This document shows positions 60,028 to 64,000 of a stretch of 64,000 bases of DNA, one piece after another. The translations under genes and the position numbers were made by a program. Position 1 is the stretch's first letter. Every line of letters starts with the position of its first letter. The DNA comes from Raillietiella orientalis (Eukaryota), in contig JAYWIR010000137.1 in NCBI GenBank assembly GCA_036172245.1, positions 1-64,000 of the forward strand, in the 5' to 3' direction. A model generated the notes under the pieces. It did not search any database, was not told the origin of the DNA, and was given only the letters and a program-made list of their open reading frames with translations.

Positions 60028-60349
60028 TTAGCCAGCGCAAACATGTCGTCGGCTGCCCAGTGGGCCCATCTGCCACAGGGCGTAAGGAGAGAGATCGCCG
60101 GCATCCATCGCCGGTTTTGAAAGGAAGGAACGGATTTACCAAAGACCCCTGTCCCCTGCCCTCCATATTTTTCTTTTATTTTTTTTATATAGTAGTGTGT
60201 TTGTGGTCCCTTCCCTCCCGTTCCGGACTTTCGGCATACCGACCTGCGTGTCGGGGATCCCACCCCCTTCGTCTCTTGTTTTCCCCTTTGTCCGGGAACC
60301 CTGTTCACGGATAGTTTATAATAAACGCACCGGCGCACCCAAGTGACAA
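60028..60349 (+). mobile_element. Element E2: 3' end, E family
   Basis: Collinear with 20260-20579. Confidence 0.88.
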
Positions 60350-62365
60350 CCAGCCACCCCCCTGCGATCCTCTCGATCTCCTGGGCGTTCTCCCCGGTAA
60401 TCACGTGGATCTCCTGCAGGAGTGCCAGGTCGAAGTCACGCAGGGTGCCGGCCGTGTCCCGTCCGTTGCCGTCGTCGCGCAGCCCGTTGACGTCCCAGCA
60501 GGCTACGCGTAATCGACGGCGACAGGCGAGCCCAGGTGTTACTCCTGGGAAAGTGGCAATGAGACTCCCGCCACCTGGTCGGGCATGACGGATGGAGGCA
60601 TGGGGGCACCGCCCAGCGGTTCTCCCACCTCCATGGGGGCCGATTCTTCGGCTGCGTTGGACGGTAAGGGGGAGCGGTTCTCAGCACTCTGCTCCCCCTC
60701 TTCCATGACCATCTCCTCCGCAGGCTCCACCGGTGGAAGGGGGAGGCAATGCCCTAGCTGCTCCCCCTCCTCCATGGGGGTGGCCGGCTCCTCGGTGGCG
60801 GAGGGTGGGAAAATTCCTCCCTCCGTTCCCACGCTGCCGGCTTCCCACTCGGCTGCCGGTGCGTCCCCCTCGCTCTTCGTCGGGATGCGCCTCTTGGGAT
60901 TCTTGGACTTCCGTCCAGTCTTCTTCGGAGGCGCCTCCGTGAAGGAGGACGCACTTCCGGCATCCGGGTCGTGGTCACCTGTCGGAGATGCCCTGGTCGC
61001 GGCCGGCCTTTGCAAGGCCTTTTGCGCTCCGTTCTCACGGTCCGCGAGTTCGGCCGCGAGCTCTTCCGCCGCCTGCTGGAAGGCGGCCTCGTCGATCGCG
61101 GCGAGCGCGTCGCGCGAACCCTCTGTTTGCACAGAGGGTTCGCCTTCCGTGATCGCGTTATCGTCGGCATCGACGCGGGGGATATCTCCCCCGGTGGCGG
61201 TCTCGGGTACCTCCACACGCTCCAAAGCGACCGAACATTCGCGGATCAACGCGCGGCGTTGTCTCCTATTTAAAGGAGACGTCGCGGTTTCCGCTGTTTA
61301 CCCTTCGGTTTTCTTTGATTTCTTAGCTTTAGGCTTCGCCTTCTGCCAGCCTTCGCTCTTTTCAGCGTCGTCGGTAGATTCCATGACCGGCGTTTGCTGT
61401 ACGGGCTCGGGCTCCGGCTGTGGGTTCCGCCTCACGGGTGCCTTCGCAGGGTTTTCCGTAGCCTCCGCGCGTTTCCCTTTGGCCTTTTTCAAGGCAGCGG
61501 GAGCCGGGGGTTCGCGCTTCGGGCACACTTTGCGGAGGTGGCCCTTCTCTCCACAGTGGAAACACTGGATGTGAGGGCACCGCTTTTTCAGGTGCCCTGT
61601 GGCATCACAGTGTCCACAGTACTTGGGCTTGCCCACGTACCAGACGTCGACGGTCTCGTTGCCGACGTCTAGTTTGTGGGGTAGCCCACCGTTTTCGTGA
61701 ACAGTTACACGGGCACCAGCCATGCCACTAAACAGTCTTCCGTAACTCTGGAAGACGTTGGGCTTGGGCCATAGCGCGTGAACCGTTCAGTATTTTACGA
61801 GTTCCTCCTGCACGTCGGCTTTCAACATGCGGAGGGTGACTCCCGTGAGGTGCGTCACCACGGAGCGATCCTCCGTTACCGGGAAAACCTTCCGGCCTTC
61901 CAGTGTGATTGGCGTATTCAAGGAGGGCTGCAGGAGATGGGGCTGCAGCCACTGAACTCCAGGTCTTCGGCGATGCCGAAGACGCATTCGAGGGTGCAGC
62001 TGCCCCCTTTTTCAAGGAGGCGGTCGCGCCCTTTTCCAGGGTTGCGGTTGTCCCCTTTTTCAAGGGGGAGGTTGCACCCTGTTCCAGCGGGGCTTTTGCC
62101 CTTTTTTTCAAGGGGGCATTTGCCCTCGCTCCCGAGGCGGCGGTCGCCCCCTTTTTCAGGGGTGCGGCTGTCGTCGCCTCCGTGGGGGCGGTTGCGTCCA
62201 CCTCCGTGGGTTGGGGAGAGGAGCAAGGCTCTCCCCCTCCTATATCCATCGCGGTGTCCTCAGGCATTTCCGACATTGGACACCGCAGATGATTCAGACA
62301 CAAACACAATCGAAATCAACCGCTTTACACCAGGCGCGGAGGAGCGCTACAAAATCACGTCCGCA
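60348..62365 (-). mobile_element. Element Y: 5' UTR, ORF1 (62276-60539), APE start; L/N-related
   Basis: GGACGTGATTTT 62362-62351; CGHCDATGHLKKRC, CFHCGEKGHLRKVC; TAACACCTGGG; ends at IAGGWL. Confidence 0.88.
61995..62180 (-). repeat. ~30-bp coding tandem repeat (PLKKGATAAS-like) in the Y ORF1 N-terminus
   Basis: About six units of (P/T/S)L(K/E)(K/Q)(G/R)A(T/K). Confidence 0.8.
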
Positions 62366-62862
62366 CGCCAAGCTGCTAGCAGGGCTATGGGCTTCGCTTT
62401 TGGGGCAGGTGGCCGAGTCCATAATTAGCCCGGAGAAGACCTATGCTGTTCCCGGGCAAAGTATGGACGCCAACCTCTTCTTCAAAAGAACGTAGATGCA
62501 CCTGCAAATGAGAGAAAAGAAAGGGAAAGGGAAAATCGGCAACCCCACATTGGGGCCGCCAGCGGGTCTGGGAAGGGACCCTTGGGCGGGGAAGGGAGCC
62601 CTAGCGCTCGCAGTGGATCTCCACAAGTCGTTCGACTGTGTAGAGCAGGAACTCCTCTTGGAGCTCCTGGGTCGCATGGGCTTCCCACCCTCCCTGATTT
62701 CCTACCTGGGCTCTTGCTGGCGGAATGCGAGGATTACCGTCTTTTTCAGTGGACAGAAGGTGTATGGCGTGCCGGTGTGGCGGGGCATAAGGCAGGGCGA
62801 TATCCTTAGCCCCCTGCTCTTCAGCACCTACTTTGAGTTGATGCTGAGAGCGTACAGGGAGC
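62365..62862 (+). mobile_element. Element Z: RT fragment, L/N family
   Basis: AKLLAGLWAS...DLHKSFD...GIRQGDILSP. Confidence 0.88.
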
Positions 62863-64000
62863 AACTCTTTTTGATTTGAGGAAGGGAGCTCGTGAGGGCG
62901 CCAGAAGTCGGCCCCGACGCAGCCGACCGATGGCGGCAACCTCGCCGGTGTGCTCAGCACGCCGAAAGCTCGCCGCCAAGGCTCCACTGGATTTGATCGA
63001 TGTTGGTGGCCAGGGTCGTGAGGAACTTGTCGAAACCGCTTCTGCAACGAAGACACATGATGCGCCATGCACGAAACGCATAGCTGCCGAAGGTGAGTGC
63101 GCTGCTCACTCGTATGTCGTGTGTTCATCCTCACTGCCTAGCAGCGAACCAGCCACGCAGGAGAACTGGAACGAAGAACAGGGAACATGGGTATCCGAAG
63201 GAGGAAACGCAGCGTTTTCGAAAGGCACCACCACGGAGAGGGCGCACAGGCGAGGCGCACCTGCATCTCGCTCAGCGCACCACCGTCCGCCAGCAGCGCG
63301 CGGTAATCGAGCGGCAGCGCCTCCGCGCCGCCGTCTGGCTCTTGCGTACGGAACCTGAGGAAGCACCGCGCCACGAATTGGTGTTGTGCGGTACTCTTGG
63401 ATGCCGCCAGAGGGAACCTCGTTCTTTCCCCTCACTCTGAGGGTCACCGGTTGTTCTCTCACCTGCCGGGTGCATCTTGCTCGTTCTCGCTCTGTTCGAC
63501 GTCACCAAGCACCTGCGCGATGTTTTGAAGCCTGAAACAAGGTGCAGGAGGAGAGCGCAACATGGAAGGAGAGCACGCTAGCAGCGCCCGGCGACTGGAC
63601 TCACCGGAGCGGGCAGACGTCGAAGAGGCGGGCCTGCGTCAGTTCGCTAGCGATCTGAAAGGAAGGGAGAGGGACCGTGGGGCGGAGTAACAAACACAAG
63701 AGAGGATGCGCGGATGGCGGGCGAATGGAGGCTCACGCAGGGCACCGAGGAAAGAGGGCGAGCGCGAGTGGGAAGGCGCCCGAGCTGACTGCGAGAGCTA
63801 AGTAGGCGCTTTGCCTGCTACGCGTAAAGCGAACCGCCACCGCGGCATTACGTCTTTGGAAGGGGCTCGTTGGGCGGCCGGGCGCACAGCAGACTCGACG
63901 GACGGATGGATGGTCCGCCGGGCTTCGGAGGGATTTTGCCGCCACTCCTCTTTCTTGCAGTCGTTTACCTGCATGCTGCGATGCGTGTTCATCGATCGGC
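62863..64000 (-). other. Non-LINE flank, possibly part of an intron-rich gene on the minus strand
   Basis: Minus-strand GTGAGC (63736)...CTGACGCAG (63634); GTGAGT (63604)...CAG (63532 or 63513); GTGAGA (63462). No recognisable product. Confidence 0.3.

Noticed and set aside
5489..60349. CRISPR repeats, integron attC sites or bacterial terminators (recurrent ~30-nt palindromic motif)
   Set aside because: The motif always sits at the end of a LINE 3' UTR after AATAAA, in both orientations and kb apart; there is no cas or integrase gene.
1..64000. The many overlapping alternative-frame and antisense ORFs in the track
   Set aside because: They are shadows of GC-rich LINE ORFs or chimeric read-throughs across junctions (e.g. 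4163-5548, 29024-30127, 47122-48894), with no independent motifs.
1..64000. tRNA, rRNA or snRNA genes as Tx1 targets
   Set aside because: None recognised; every interpretable junction falls in LINE coding sequence.

Overview
Eukaryotic, GC-rich DNA. Positions 1 to ~62,860 consist almost entirely of non-LTR retrotransposons of the L1/Tx1 type. ORF1 has an RRM-like region and CCHC knuckles; ORF2 has an APE endonuclease, RT with YADD, and a C-terminal CxxC...H...C zinc motif. The ~28 segments come from several divergent families and are not random debris: they form a nested 'Russian doll'. Nearly every element is inserted antisense into the coding region of a different LINE family, and several families recur at nucleotide-identical target sites in independent hosts. 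TSDs close three of the nestings (about 14, 10 and 9 bp). The inferred who-inserts-into-whom relations form a closed five-family cycle. All families except one share a 5' GGACGTG(C/T)TTT motif and a 3' AATAAA + CCCGG-N5/6-CCGGG hairpin, with no poly(A) tail. One copy (N, 41553-47205) has an uninterrupted ORF2 with no AUG. The last ~1.1 kb is non-LINE sequence with possible spliceosomal introns. Letters A-Z are my labels. Family assignments and similarities were judged by eye, and junction coordinates may be off by a few bp because of microhomology.
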